Of a stretch of 64,000 nt of DNA, positions 29,794 to 40,401 are shown piece by piece. The translations under genes were made by a program, and so were the position numbers. How positions within the stretch are numbered: position 1 is the stretch's first letter; the number at the start of each line of letters is the position of its first letter. The DNA comes from Minisyncoccia bacterium (GTDB lineage: Bacteria > Patescibacteriota > Minisyncoccia > SW-4-49-11). A model generated the notes under the pieces. The model worked only from the letters and a program-made list of their open reading frames with translations, ran no database searches and was not told the origin of the DNA. The stretch is taken from the NCBI GenBank assembly GCA_044356725.1, contig JBIKVS010000002.1:19264-83263 (forward strand), written 5' to 3'.

Positions 29794-31631
29794 ATAGATT
29801 GTCTTAGATTTTCTACTTGTTCCACAATGCTATCTACATTTATTTGCTCAAATTGTAATAACTCTTCTGGAGTTCCGCTCCTTGGAGTTTCTTGTACCGA
29901 TAAAGATCTAATTGGAATATGTACATCCTCTAATTCAGATCTAATCGCTTCAGCTATACCTCCAGCTTGATGATGATCTTCCACCACAATCAAACCTTTA
30001 GTCTCCCGAGCAGCTAAATGTAGTGTTGCAGTATCAAGAGGTTTTATACTATATAAATCTATCACTCTAACACTAACCCCTCTTTCTCTTAGTATATCAT
30101 AGGCTTTCAAACATTCATAGAGAGTAATACCTGCTCCAACTAAAGTTATCTCATCTAATTCACTATTATAAATAGTTTTACTACCTCCAACAACAAAGGT
30201 TTCATTATTACTATATAGAGTCGGAACACCCGCCCTGGTTAATCTTAGATAGCTAAGACCTTCATACAAATAAGCTTGTTCAGTTAATTTAAGAGTTGAT
30301 ATTGAATCACTGGGATATAAAACTACCGAACCAAACATACCTCTAAAAAAAGCAATATCATTCAGAGCCATTTGAGAGGGTCCATCAGCTCCAATTGAAA
30401 CTCCTGGATGAGTTCCTACTATCACAATATTAGCTTCATTGTATTGAGCCATACGAATTTGGTCATAGGCTCTAGTTAGAAACCCAGCAAAGGATGAAAC
30501 AAATGGCTTTTTACCAGTCAGGGACAATCCTGTGGCTACGGATAGCATATTTTGCTCAGCGATAAACATTTCTAAAAATCTATTCTCATCAATATGATTA
30601 GCATAAGTAGAATTACTTACTTCAGCATCAAGTACAATAATATCATTATAATTACTGGTTAAAATTTTCATAGCTTCTCCAAAAGCTTTACGGGGAGAGA
30701 CTAATTCATCCAAACTATAATTAGGATATATTGTATCATCTACTTGTGGTGGAGTATAATTGTATGGAGATAACTTAATAGGAGCTTCAATTTCAGCCCG
30801 CAAATCTAAATTAAGTTGTCCTAACTCTTCAATATAAACCTCAAATTGCTCTTGAGTAAGAGCCTTACCATGCCAATTATCTTTATCCTCAATCAAAGAT
30901 ATTCCCTTACCTTTAAGGGTTTTAGCTAATATAACTGTAGGCTTATCTGAGTTTTTTGCTTGCTTCAAAGCATCTAAAACTTCATCTAGATTATGACCAT
31001 CTATTATAATAGCCTCCCAACCAAAAGATTCAAATTTTTTCTTATAAATTTCAATATTATGACCCTCCATAGTCTCTCCTCGTTGCCCTAATCTATTGAT
31101 ATCTACTATAGCAACTAGATTATTAATTCCATAATGAGCAGCACTGGCAACACTTTCCCAAACCGAACCTTCTGCCAATTCACTATCCCCTAACATAACA
31201 TAAGTGTATGAATTAACTTGGTCAAATTTTTTAGCATTAATTGCATAGCCAATACCAATCCCTAATCCTTGCCCAAGAGACCCGGTGGCAGCATCTGTAA
31301 ATATAAATCTACGACTAGGATGCCCCTCTAAAACACTTGTGAATTGTCGCAATGTTTGAATTTCCTCAGGGGTAATTACTCCAGATAATAACCAAAGACT
31401 ATATAATAATGGTGAAGCATGGCCTTTAGATAAAATAAATCTATCATTATTTATATCCCTAGAATTATTAATATCATACTTAAACTCACCTCCAAAAAAT
31501 AGTCCTACCCCTAATTCAACAGACGATAAAGAGGAAGTGGGATGCCCTGAACCAGCCTGAGTTGTAGAATATAAAATCCAATATCTAACTAATTTGGATA
31601 TTTCCTCAAGTTGATTAATTGTATATTTCAT
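29790..31631 (-). CDS. tkt: Transketolase
   Basis: 613 aa with TPP-binding GSGHPTSSLS, GDSELAEGSVWE, and a C-terminal transketolase domain. Confidence 0.9.
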   Translation of the reverse strand: MKYTINQLEEISKLVRYWILYSTTQAGSGHPTSSLSSVELGVGLFFGGEFKYDINNSRDINNDRFILSKGHASPLLYSLWLLSGVITPEEIQTLRQFTSVLEGHPSRRFIFTDAATGSLGQGLGIGIGYAINAKKFDQVNSYTYVMLGDSELAEGSVWESVASAAHYGINNLVAIVDINRLGQRGETMEGHNIEIYKKKFESFGWEAIIIDGHNLDEVLDALKQAKNSDKPTVILAKTLKGKGISLIEDKDNWHGKALTQEQFEVYIEELGQLNLDLRAEIEAPIKLSPYNYTPPQVDDTIYPNYSLDELVSPRKAFGEAMKILTSNYNDIIVLDAEVSNSTYANHIDENRFLEMFIAEQNMLSVATGLSLTGKKPFVSSFAGFLTRAYDQIRMAQYNEANIVIVGTHPGVSIGADGPSQMALNDIAFFRGMFGSVVLYPSDSISTLKLTEQAYLYEGLSYLRLTRAGVPTLYSNNETFVVGGSKTIYNSELDEITLVGAGITLYECLKAYDILRERGVSVRVIDLYSIKPLDTATLHLAARETKGLIVVEDHHQAGGIAEAIRSELEDVHIPIRSLSVQETPRSGTPEELLQFEQINVDSIVEQVENLRQSI

Positions 31632-32091
31632 AGTCTGTATTATTATTTTCTAATTCTGTAATTTTAGACACTCTTCTAATATGTCTTTCTTGATATGATG
31701 GTTCGGTTATAATAAAAGTTTCCACAATATCTGGCATTATATCCAATTCTAGAGAGGCTGATAGTGCTAAAACATTAATATGATTATGAGCTCTTGCAAT
31801 AGCGGTAGTCTCAATTGAATCCAATAAAGCAGCTCTTGCTCCTGCAATTTTATTAGCTGCAATACTAGCTCCCACCCCAGTACCACAAATCACAATACCT
31901 AAAGCATCGCTATCCTCTACTACTCGTTTAGATACCTCAGAAGCATATTCTGGATAATCATCATCTGGATCATAGACTGTATTACCACAATCTATTACCT
32001 GTAAGTTTTTGGCATTTAAAAACTGAATAATTTCTTGTTTAAGTTCAAATCCTCTATGATCTGAGCCTATGTAAATTGTATCTATATTCAT
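31615..32091 (-). CDS. rpiB: Ribose-5-phosphate isomerase B (RpiB/LacAB family)
   Basis: 158 aa with IGSDHRGFELKQEI and VICGTGVGASIAANKIAGARAAL. Confidence 0.85.
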   Translation of the reverse strand: MNIDTIYIGSDHRGFELKQEIIQFLNAKNLQVIDCGNTVYDPDDDYPEYASEVSKRVVEDSDALGIVICGTGVGASIAANKIAGARAALLDSIETTAIARAHNHINVLALSASLELDIMPDIVETFIITEPSYQERHIRRVSKITELENNNTDYEIYN

Positions 32092-32101
32092 ATATTTAGA
32101 G

Positions 32102-32698
32102 TTATTTTTGTAATAATTTAAGAGCTAAGCGAATTTGTTCTGAGACCTCAAGAGTACCGTCTAAATTTGAGAGTACTTTTTGAATTTGAGACGGTTTATA
32201 TCCAAGAGACTCCAAAGCATCCCAAACATCTTGAGTATTTTGAGATGAAGCTGAGTTAGTAGAAATATCATCAGCAATAGTAATATGATTATATAGTGGG
32301 CTTAATTTATCTTTTAACTCTAAAATTATTCTTTCAGCAGTTTTTTTCCCAATTCCAGAGGCTTGATTCAAGACACTGATTCTTTCTTGTTGAATTGACT
32401 GCATAATAGCTTCTGGTTGGTCTAAATCTAGAATTGCAAGTGCACTTTTAGCTCCTACTCCATTCACTGAAATTAAATATTTGAATAACTCAAATGAAAT
32501 CATATCCAAAAAACCAAATAGAGTAAGGCTATCTTCTTTTACATCTAAATATGTTATCAAAGAAACATTTTCCCCAACAGAACCAACTGAAGTATAAGTA
32601 ATACTATTTACCAAAACACTATACCCCACTCCACGCACATCCACAATTAGGTTGTTATTTTGTTTGTATTGAATTGTTCCAGCTAAACTAGCTATCAT
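32102..32698 (-). CDS. ruvA: Holliday junction DNA helicase subunit RuvA
   Basis: MIASLAGTI N-terminus, the HhH pair LISVNGVGAKSALAIL / ASGIGKKTAERIILEL, and 198 aa. Confidence 0.85.
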   Translation of the reverse strand: MIASLAGTIQYKQNNNLIVDVRGVGYSVLVNSITYTSVGSVGENVSLITYLDVKEDSLTLFGFLDMISFELFKYLISVNGVGAKSALAILDLDQPEAIMQSIQQERISVLNQASGIGKKTAERIILELKDKLSPLYNHITIADDISTNSASSQNTQDVWDALESLGYKPSQIQKVLSNLDGTLEVSEQIRLALKLLQK

Positions 32699-32740
32699 AA
32701 AGTGATTTATATTTATATTTTTATTATATCATATAAATTT

Positions 32741-32960
32741 TTAATTATGAATGGTGGATAATTTAATTATGAATTGTAAGTTGTGAATTATGAATGGCGC
32801 TTCTGTCTCCCTTCGGAGGGAGTACCCGTAGGGGGAGGGAGGACTTCAGACAACACAAGATAACCCCCTCCTAAACTAAAGTATAGGAGGGGCTTAAGAA
32901 CAATGTCGGCGAGGGCGCCGACTCTACGAACTTACAATTTAGAATTCATAATTATATTAT
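32741..32960. repeat. Composite repeat element, copy D, with AT-rich inverted ends, in the divergent ruvA/prx promoter region
   Basis: Has aattatgaattgtaagttgtgaattatgaatgg and aacttacaatttagaattcataatt ends. Internal modules are ctgtctcccttcggagggagtacccgtagggggagggaggac and aacaatgtcggcgagggcgccgactctacgaa, the latter in inverted orientation relative to copies H and I. Confidence 0.7.
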
Positions 32961-33021
32961 TTTATGCTATAATATATAAGGTATAATTTTATACCCGATT
33001 ATTAAATTAAATAAAATCATT

Positions 33022-33543
33022 ATGATGAAAGTAGGACAACCAGCTCCTGACTTTACCTTACAAGGTTATCAGGACGGAAAATTTGCAGAATATTCACTAT
33101 CTCAAATCACTGGTTCTGGGAAATGGGTGGTATTATTCTTCTATCCTCTAGACTTTACTTTTGTATGTCCAACAGAAATTACTGGATTTAACAAAAAAAT
33201 TGAGGAGTTTGATAAGTTAGGAGCTCAAGTATTAGGAGCTAGCGTAGATAGCGTTCACTCTCACAAAGCTTGGGTTGAGAAAGATTTAGGAAAATTAGAA
33301 TTCCCTCTTCTATCTGACTTCAAAAAAGAAACAGCTGATAGCTACAATATTCTAGTTGATGAAGATGGTGGTGTAGCCTTAAGAGGAACATTTATTATTG
33401 ACCCTGATGGAATCTTACGCTACTCAGTAGTTTCTGACTTGAATGTAGGACGAAGCATTGATGAGACTGTAAGAGTATTATCTGCTCTTAAAAATGGAGG
33501 TCTTTGCCCGGTAGAATGGGAAGAAGGAGAAGCTACCTTATAA
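33022..33543 (+). CDS. 2-Cys peroxiredoxin (AhpC/TSA family)
   Basis: WVVLFFYPLDFTFVCPTEI carries the peroxidatic-Cys motif. It is 173 aa. Confidence 0.85.
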   Translation: MMKVGQPAPDFTLQGYQDGKFAEYSLSQITGSGKWVVLFFYPLDFTFVCPTEITGFNKKIEEFDKLGAQVLGASVDSVHSHKAWVEKDLGKLEFPLLSDFKKETADSYNILVDEDGGVALRGTFIIDPDGILRYSVVSDLNVGRSIDETVRVLSALKNGGLCPVEWEEGEATL

Positions 33544-33562
33544 TAGCTATCCCTTAGATAAT

Positions 33563-33596
33563 AAAAAAGGCGGTTTTAAACCGTCTTTTTTATTTA
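33563..33596. terminator. Bidirectional rho-independent terminator between the convergent prx and glutaredoxin-like genes
   Basis: aaaaaa-GGCGG-ttttaaa-CCGTC-tttttt. The hairpin is flanked by A-run and T-run. Confidence 0.6.
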
Positions 33597-33615
33597 ATAT
33601 TCTTTAAACAGTGTA

Positions 33616-33861
33616 TTATGCTTCTATACCAACTAATTTAGCTAAAGTAGCTCTGTCATATCCAATTAGAATTTGACCATCTACATCAATAACAGGGACT
33701 CCCATCTGTCCGCTTTTTTCAACTAATTCATTACGCTTTTCTGCATCTGCAGCAACATTATATTCTACAAAAGGAACATTGTTTTCAGCTAAAAACTCCT
33801 TAGCTTGCTTACAAAAACCACAAGTTGGGGTGGAATAAATCTGTATATTTGGTGTGCTCAT
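33616..33861 (-). CDS. Glutaredoxin/NrdH-like small redox protein
   Basis: 81 aa. The CxxC motif is at the N-terminus (IYSTPTCGFCKQAKEFL) with a thioredoxin fold, and GVPVIDVDGQ matches the conserved cis-Pro region. Confidence 0.7.
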   Translation of the reverse strand: MSTPNIQIYSTPTCGFCKQAKEFLAENNVPFVEYNVAADAEKRNELVEKSGQMGVPVIDVDGQILIGYDRATLAKLVGIEA

Positions 33862-33902
33862 AATTTTAATAGTTAATTTAATACTCTTATATTATATCAC
33901 AA

Positions 33903-34646
33903 TTATTGTAAGAATTCATCTATATATGTCTTAAAGGTATCAATTGGTAAAGCTCCAGCAATTCTAATACCTTGAGTTAACTTCCCATCTTCCAGTTTAC
34001 CTATTATGAATCCTGGAGTTCCATTAACACCATTTTGATTAGCAAAATCCATATCAGCTTTTACTTTATCCAAAGTCTCTTCTTCTTTAAGACAGGTATC
34101 AAATTTATTAGTATCTAAGTCTTGAATCTCCCTTGCCAATTCATTAAGCTTGGATTCTTGCATACCCTCTCCTCCACTTTCAGTATTAGCAAAAATTAAA
34201 TCCACATATTCAAAGTAAGCTTGATTTCCTTTTTGCTCATACACACATTGAGCTGCTACAGCTTGTTTAGTAGCTAATGGATCATGAAAATCTAGGGGAT
34301 AATCTTTCCAAGCTAAGATTGCTTTATCTGTATTCACGTATTGTTCTATAATTTCCTTACGAGCCTCATCATGGAATTTTTTACAAAATGGACATTCAAA
34401 ATCACTAAATTCAATAATAGCAATTTGTGATTTTGACTTAGAACCCAGATAAGGCGTATCTTTTGATAAATCTACAGATATATTCCTAGCATCTACTGGG
34501 TCATCTTGTTCTTGCTGGGAATCTGTATTGGAAGCTGTATTATTGTTAGCTCGAGACTGTGCTCCATTATACAAAACTGCCGAAGCAATCATCATACCAG
34601 ATAAAAGAATCGAAGCGACTATTAATAGAATTGATTTATTTTCCAT
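33903..34646 (-). CDS. DsbA-like thiol:disulfide oxidoreductase with an N-terminal membrane anchor
   Basis: The CPFC active site lies in FSDFECPFCKKFHDEARK. An N-terminal TM segment is present. Confidence 0.7.
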   Translation of the reverse strand: MENKSILLIVASILLSGMMIASAVLYNGAQSRANNNTASNTDSQQEQDDPVDARNISVDLSKDTPYLGSKSKSQIAIIEFSDFECPFCKKFHDEARKEIIEQYVNTDKAILAWKDYPLDFHDPLATKQAVAAQCVYEQKGNQAYFEYVDLIFANTESGGEGMQESKLNELAREIQDLDTNKFDTCLKEEETLDKVKADMDFANQNGVNGTPGFIIGKLEDGKLTQGIRIAGALPIDTFKTYIDEFLQ

Positions 34647-34740
34647 ATTATATTATGCTAATTATATAGATATATTATATCATATATTTTTATCTACATC
34701 AAAACACCTTATAAATTTATAATTAAACAACAATATTACT

Positions 34741-35679
34741 ATGATTTATGACACTATTATAATCGGAGGAGGACCTACAGGAACAGCTGCCTCTATCTAT
34801 GCTGCCCGAAAACAACTCAAAGCTATTCTTATCACTGATAGCTTTGGTGGACAATCTGTAGTATCCAATGACATAGACAATTGGATTGGAGACATTAGAA
34901 TTTCTGGTTTTGACTTAGCTCAAAAGTTTGAGGCTCACATCAAAGCTCAACCTGGTCTTGAGACTTTAGTAGATAGAGTTGCTAAAATTGACCAAGTCTC
35001 AGAGAATCCTTACCCAATTTATGAAGTTGTGACTGAGGGTGGTAAAACTTTTCAAACTAAAACTCTTATTCTTGGAATGGGAGCACATAGAAGGAAATTA
35101 GATGTACCAGGAGAAGCAGAATTTAGCGCAAAAGGAGTAGCCTACTGTGCAACTTGTGATGCTCCATTCTTTGAAGGTAAAAAAGTAGCCGTAGTTGGAG
35201 GCGGGAATGCTGGACTTGAAAGTGCCCTTGACTTACTTGCCTATGCTAGTGAAGTATATCTATTCAATCGTAGTGATGAGTTGAAAGGAGACCCTCAAAC
35301 AGCTGAGAAAATTCAAAAGCACCCTAACTTTAAGGGGATTCTATATAATACAGTTGTAACTGATATTTTTGGTGAGACTATGATGACAGGAGTGCATTAT
35401 CAGAATGTATTAACTCAAGAAATAACGGAGTTAGAATTAGATGGATTATTCATTGAAATTGGATCTCTGCCAAATTCAGATATAGTCAAACATTTAGTAA
35501 ACACTAATCAAATTGGGGAGATTATCATTGATCATAAATACTCCACCACCTCTCGAGCAGGGATATTCGCAGCTGGAGATATCACTGATGAGGCTTATAA
35601 ACAGAATAATATCTCAGCTGGAGATGCTGTCAAAGCTGCCCTCTCAGCTTATGCTTATATTCATAAATTGGAGGGGTAG
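34741..35679 (+). CDS. trxB: Thioredoxin-disulfide reductase
   Basis: FAD motif IIIGGGPTGTAASIYAAR, redox-active CATCD, NADPH motif VVGGGNAGLE, and 312 aa. Confidence 0.9.
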   Translation: MIYDTIIIGGGPTGTAASIYAARKQLKAILITDSFGGQSVVSNDIDNWIGDIRISGFDLAQKFEAHIKAQPGLETLVDRVAKIDQVSENPYPIYEVVTEGGKTFQTKTLILGMGAHRRKLDVPGEAEFSAKGVAYCATCDAPFFEGKKVAVVGGGNAGLESALDLLAYASEVYLFNRSDELKGDPQTAEKIQKHPNFKGILYNTVVTDIFGETMMTGVHYQNVLTQEITELELDGLFIEIGSLPNSDIVKHLVNTNQIGEIIIDHKYSTTSRAGIFAAGDITDEAYKQNNISAGDAVKAALSAYAYIHKLEG

Positions 35680-35738
35680 TTATTATAATTGCTCTAAAGT
35701 AAAAAGAGTATCTTATGGTTAGGATACCCTTTTTATAG

Positions 35739-36023
35739 TTATTTACAAGGAAGAGAATATAAAATAAGTATATTATTTTTATCTATCAGCTCTATTGGAT
35801 CTCCAGGATATAAAATTATATGTCCTGAATTTTGGTTTTCATTAACTATTTCATTACACCGAACAGCGTATATAGTGTATAAATATGATCCATACCTTAA
35901 TAAAATTTTAGATCCGTGATTTATCCTTAAAGCATTATATGTTCTTTCTTTTATTGGTTTTGACAAGATAGGTTCTGGGAAAAAAATTAATCCCAATAAT
36001 AAGATAAAGAACAACCTTTTCAT
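35739..36023 (-). CDS. Small secreted hypothetical protein
   Basis: 94 aa with an N-terminal signal peptide (MKRLFFILLLGLIFF). No recognisable domain. Confidence 0.35.
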   Translation of the reverse strand: MKRLFFILLLGLIFFPEPILSKPIKERTYNALRINHGSKILLRYGSYLYTIYAVRCNEIVNENQNSGHIILYPGDPIELIDKNNILILYSLPCK

Positions 36024-36134
36024 AAATCGATTCCTAAGAACTGGAACACAAATACTATATCATAAAAAGTAGTTATATACAATTGTCTGTACTAGATGAT
36101 ATGATCGAAATATATAGAGTACTAAATAAGCAAT

Positions 36135-36285
36135 TGTCCTCCTTTGGAGGAGGTGGCACGAAGTGCCGGAGGAGGACTAAGGCTGATGTTGTTGTTATAA
36201 AGTTTATTCTAATATTTTAGTATTTCAAGTATAGTCCTCCCTCCCCCTACGGGTACTCCCTCCAAAGGGAGACAAAATAAAGTTC
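36135..36285. repeat. Composite repeat element, copy E. It carries GC-rich modules only, with no AT-rich ends.
   Basis: gtcctcctttggaggaggtggcacgaagtgccggaggaggac is a nested palindrome. It is followed by gtcctccctccccctacgggtactccctccaaagggagacaaaataaa, the same module as in copies H and I. Confidence 0.7.
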
Positions 36286-36418
36286 AACCTTTTGAATATA
36301 AGAATCTAAAAATAAATCTATGTATGCAAGATGAAACTGATTTGATTTAAGATTTTCAGGATTCACATTGTTTCTCCATTGATCAAATACTATTTTGATT
36401 TCAACTATATCAATCATC

Positions 36419-36976
36419 CTACCTCTCCATAAACTCCTGAAACACCTTCGTTTTTTCCAATAATCTCAATTCCTCTTTACACCATTCTGAAAAGGTTGTC
36501 TCATCGGCAAAGGCTCTCGCCACAAATTCTTCCCAGTCAAGCCAACGATAATTCTCTACTTCCTCGGGGTGGGGCTTGATAATATCTGAGCTAATACCAA
36601 AGAATATTGGGCAAATTTCATTTTCTACCACTCCATCTCGCTCAAAACGGTAACGATAAGGACTAGCCTCTACTAAAATCTCAAAATTTTCAATCCCTAA
36701 TTCATATTTAGCTCCTCTTCTTACAGCATCTATAGTATCCTCACCAAGTTCAGGGTGACCACAACAGCTATTAGACCAAACTAATGGCCAAGTTTTTTTA
36801 CCACTCCACCTTTGTTGAATTAAAAACTTTTTATCCTCAGGACGGAATACGAATAAAGAAAAAGCTCGATGAAGCGGAGTGTCTGCAGTATGAACATCAG
36901 ATTTAGGAGCAACTCCAATTACTTCATCAAGATCCGTCACTAAAACAACATGTTCAAAATCTGGTTTCTGTAGCAT
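36419..36976 (-). CDS. idi: Isopentenyl-diphosphate delta-isomerase, type 1 (NUDIX fold)
   Basis: LVWSNSCCGHPELGEDTIDAVRRGAKYELGIE matches E. coli Idi [32 protein letters not shown]. The catalytic Glu is in ENEICPIF. Confidence 0.85.
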   Translation of the reverse strand: MLQKPDFEHVVLVTDLDEVIGVAPKSDVHTADTPLHRAFSLFVFRPEDKKFLIQQRWSGKKTWPLVWSNSCCGHPELGEDTIDAVRRGAKYELGIENFEILVEASPYRYRFERDGVVENEICPIFFGISSDIIKPHPEEVENYRWLDWEEFVARAFADETTFSEWCKEELRLLEKTKVFQEFMER

Positions 36977-36985
36977 TGCAAAAAT

Positions 36986-37639
36986 TTATTTCTTTAATTC
37001 GGCATCTATTAGAGCTTTGAATTCATCTACTGTTTGAGGATTTTTAATAACAACCCCATTTAAAATGAAGGTTGGAGTTGAATTAACCCCAAGTGCTACT
37101 CCTGATTGATAATCTTTCTCTACTCGCTCTTTAGCATCATCTTCAGGTAATAAATCTTCATCAAATTCAGCTACATCAAGACCAATAGCTTTAGCATAAG
37201 CTCCAAATAAACCTCTTGGATCTTCTTCTTTAGACCATTCTGCTTGATTTTTGAAAAGCTCATCTTTCATCTCCCAGAATTTACCTTCCTCACCTGCAGC
37301 CTCAGCAGCTTGAGCAGCTAGGCCGGCATTAGGATGAATACTTCTTAGAGGGAAATGCCTATAAACTATTCTCAAATCCTCAGCACTATAGTCTGATCTT
37401 AATTGTTTTACAATATCTTCATAAGCCTTACAGGCTGGACATTGAAAGTCAGAATATTCAACTAGAGTAACTTTTGCATCTTTATTCCCCAAATAAGTAT
37501 CCTCATCTGTAACCTCTACATTCACATTCCTTGAACCTGTATCTTGAGTTCTAATTCCCCAAAACACTGCACCTGCTACTACCAAAATTGTAATTATAAC
37601 TATTACTTTTCCGATTAAATTATTTTCCGTTGCTTCCAT
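36986..37639 (-). CDS. DsbA-family thiol:disulfide oxidoreductase, membrane-anchored
   Basis: The CPAC active site lies in YSDFQCPACKAYED. An N-terminal TM segment is present. Confidence 0.7.
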   Translation of the reverse strand: MEATENNLIGKVIVIITILVVAGAVFWGIRTQDTGSRNVNVEVTDEDTYLGNKDAKVTLVEYSDFQCPACKAYEDIVKQLRSDYSAEDLRIVYRHFPLRSIHPNAGLAAQAAEAAGEEGKFWEMKDELFKNQAEWSKEEDPRGLFGAYAKAIGLDVAEFDEDLLPEDDAKERVEKDYQSGVALGVNSTPTFILNGVVIKNPQTVDEFKALIDAELKK

Positions 37640-37717
37640 ATATATCTGTTAATAATTAATTTATAATCCTTTTTTATTATACCATATTTTACATTAAATT
37701 AACAATAATATGAATTA

Positions 37718-38959
37718 TTAATGACTATGCCCGTGATGATGTGTATGTTCTGTTTGAGATCTTGGCTTATGAACGTATTTATCAAACACCTTAGCAGCAA
37801 TCAAACTAGTAATTGGTACAGCTAGTATAATAGCAATACTTCCTGAAAGAGTTCTTATTAATTCCTGTCCAATAAATTCCGAATTTAAGGTCACCCAAAT
37901 TGGAATATTGGAACTATTAATATACAATAGTAAGAATAGTGGCAAGCTAGATCCCACATAAGCTAAAGCGAGAGTATTGACTAATGATGCAATATGATCT
38001 CTTCCAACTGACATCCCAGCACTATATAATTGCTTAAACTTAGTCTTGGGATTTGCTCTTTTTATCTCATCTATGGTGGCAGCTTGAGCTACGGTAACAT
38101 CATCTAGAACCCCAAGCATACCTACAATTACTCCTGCTAATAGTATTCCTCTTAGGTCTAAATCCGAATTTACAACTGAAGCTAAATAAAAGGTATCTTC
38201 ACTACCAACCCCAAACATCTGTGCCAAATAGACAAAAATTGCTGAAATACCATAAGCCAGTATTAAGGTTAGGTTCATACTAACAAAAGCGATAAAAGTA
38301 CGAGTCCTAAATCCATGAGATACAAATATAGTTAAAGTAATAATTGTAAAACTAGCTATAAAAGTTACTAAAACTGGATTTTGCCCTCCTAGTAATGAAG
38401 GTACTAGATACCCAACCAGTACAGCTACACTAGCAATTAAGCCTATCATAGAACCTATCCCTTGCCTGCCAGCAAAGATTACAGTTAAAATCAGAAAAAA
38501 GACAAGCATTCCAAGCAAGCCCGGCAATCTATACCTATCCTGAATATAGTACTGCTCATTATCACCTACCATTGTCCTTACCACTACCAAAACATCTCCT
38601 TTTTTATAAATTTGACTTTCTTGCAAATCAGTCCCTCCCCCATTTTCAACTACTATAATTTCACCATTTTTATCTTTATCTAAAATTTTGAGAGTCAAAT
38701 TTTGAGTTATAAGTTTACGGCCTAATAATTCACCTTCTTCTGTTTCTACTGCTTGTACCTCCGCTCTATAAAATCCATCTGGCTCAGTATATTGATCACT
38801 TTGACCCCCCTTTCTATTGTCATTATCTATAGGAGTCTCATCTAAAATTTCTTGTTCCTCTAAATTATTAATCAATTCACTTTCTTGCTCTTGAGCAAAA
38901 TTATATTTGGGTAAAAAAATTAAAGATATAATTCCAAGAGTATAGATAAATTTTTGCAT
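37718..38959 (-). CDS. Polytopic membrane protein (YibE/F-like, tentative) with a His-rich C-terminus
   Basis: Has a signal/TM segment, a soluble N-terminal domain, about 8 TM helices, and the C-terminus HTHHHGHSH. Confidence 0.4.
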   Translation of the reverse strand: MQKFIYTLGIISLIFLPKYNFAQEQESELINNLEEQEILDETPIDNDNRKGGQSDQYTEPDGFYRAEVQAVETEEGELLGRKLITQNLTLKILDKDKNGEIIVVENGGGTDLQESQIYKKGDVLVVVRTMVGDNEQYYIQDRYRLPGLLGMLVFFLILTVIFAGRQGIGSMIGLIASVAVLVGYLVPSLLGGQNPVLVTFIASFTIITLTIFVSHGFRTRTFIAFVSMNLTLILAYGISAIFVYLAQMFGVGSEDTFYLASVVNSDLDLRGILLAGVIVGMLGVLDDVTVAQAATIDEIKRANPKTKFKQLYSAGMSVGRDHIASLVNTLALAYVGSSLPLFLLLYINSSNIPIWVTLNSEFIGQELIRTLSGSIAIILAVPITSLIAAKVFDKYVHKPRSQTEHTHHHGHSH

Positions 38960-38975
38960 ATTTTATAATTATAGA

Positions 38976-40301
38976 TTATTTACTTTTTGAAATAATGTCT
39001 TTAGCAAGATATGGTCTTAATACCTTAGGGATTACAATACTACCATCAGCTTGCTGATAGTTTTCCATAATCGCAATTATAATTCTACCGATAGCAAAGA
39101 CAGTAGCATCATTCATATGTACAAAATTCTTTTTGCCATCGACATCTCTGTATCTGGTCTGCAATCTACGAGCTTGGAAATCTCCCATATAATCTGAAGT
39201 ATGCGTTTCACGATATTGATTTTGTCCAGGTAGCCAAGTTTCTATATCATAAGCTCTTATATCTGGAGTTCCCATATCAGCAGTACATTTTAGTACCACC
39301 TGATAAGGTAATTCTAATTGTTGCATAAGATATTCTTGAATAGCTACAATCAAATCTTGTTCTGCAAACCCTGAGTCCTTATCACTAAATACTTCAATTT
39401 CAATTTTATCAAATTGATGTAATCTCAAAATACCCTTCATATCCTTACCATAAGTACCAGCTTCTCGTCTAAAAGCAGTTGAATACCCCACATATCTAAG
39501 AGGTAGTTGTTTATAATCTAAAATTTCATCCATATGAAGTGGTCCCAAAGTATGCTCAGCACTACCAACCAACATCAATCCATCCTCAGTAGTCTGATAC
39601 CTATCATCAATTGGATCAAGCCTTCCCATTCTCTTCATAACTTCTGCCTTCATCAAAACTGGGGGAACAACAGGGGTATAGGCTTTATAAGATATATTTC
39701 CAAGCCCTGATTTATGAATAATTGCTTGAATAGTATTACTGTCTTTGAGTGTAGATAACACCCATTGCACTAAAGCAAATTGCAAAAGCACTAAATCTCC
39801 TTTTAGATAAGCAAATCTTGCCCCCGAGACTTCGGCTGACTTTTCAGTATCAATTAAATCCAAAGTTTTACCCAATTGCCAATGTTCCAAAGGAGTAAAG
39901 CTAAAGACTGGCTTTTCCCCAACTTGTCTTAATACCACATTCTCATCCTCAGACAATCCAATTGGAGTATCATCTGAATAAGTATTAGGAATTTTATACA
40001 TTAAGTCACTATAAATCTCATCAACTTTCACAAAATCTAAATCTAGCTGAGATAATTTATCTTTAATATCTTTACCTTTTTGAATTAAAGCCTTTTTCTC
40101 ATCATCTGTAAGAGTAGACATTTGCTTCATTTGCTCAGCAATAGAGTTTTTGTCAGTCCTCAAACTTTCAATTCTTTGTAATAAACCCTGCCTTTCCTCA
40201 AATACAGACATCAGATAATCTATATCTACTACTACTTTTTTATTCTTTGCAACTTCAATCAGAAAATCTCGATTGGCTTTAATATAAGATATATCTAACA
40301 T
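38976..40301 (-). CDS. serS: Seryl-tRNA synthetase
   Basis: Coiled-coil N-terminal arm. Class II motif 2 is FRREAGTYGKDMKGILRLHQFDKIE and motif 3 is GRIIIAIMEN. It is 441 aa. Confidence 0.9.
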   Translation of the reverse strand: MLDISYIKANRDFLIEVAKNKKVVVDIDYLMSVFEERQGLLQRIESLRTDKNSIAEQMKQMSTLTDDEKKALIQKGKDIKDKLSQLDLDFVKVDEIYSDLMYKIPNTYSDDTPIGLSEDENVVLRQVGEKPVFSFTPLEHWQLGKTLDLIDTEKSAEVSGARFAYLKGDLVLLQFALVQWVLSTLKDSNTIQAIIHKSGLGNISYKAYTPVVPPVLMKAEVMKRMGRLDPIDDRYQTTEDGLMLVGSAEHTLGPLHMDEILDYKQLPLRYVGYSTAFRREAGTYGKDMKGILRLHQFDKIEIEVFSDKDSGFAEQDLIVAIQEYLMQQLELPYQVVLKCTADMGTPDIRAYDIETWLPGQNQYRETHTSDYMGDFQARRLQTRYRDVDGKKNFVHMNDATVFAIGRIIIAIMENYQQADGSIVIPKVLRPYLAKDIISKSK

Positions 40302-40401
40302 ATTTATGCATAATTTTATATAATATTAAGTATATCACAGCTAAGCTATACACTCAACACAAATTATATGATATAATGAGACATATTATTAAGTAATAAA
40401 A

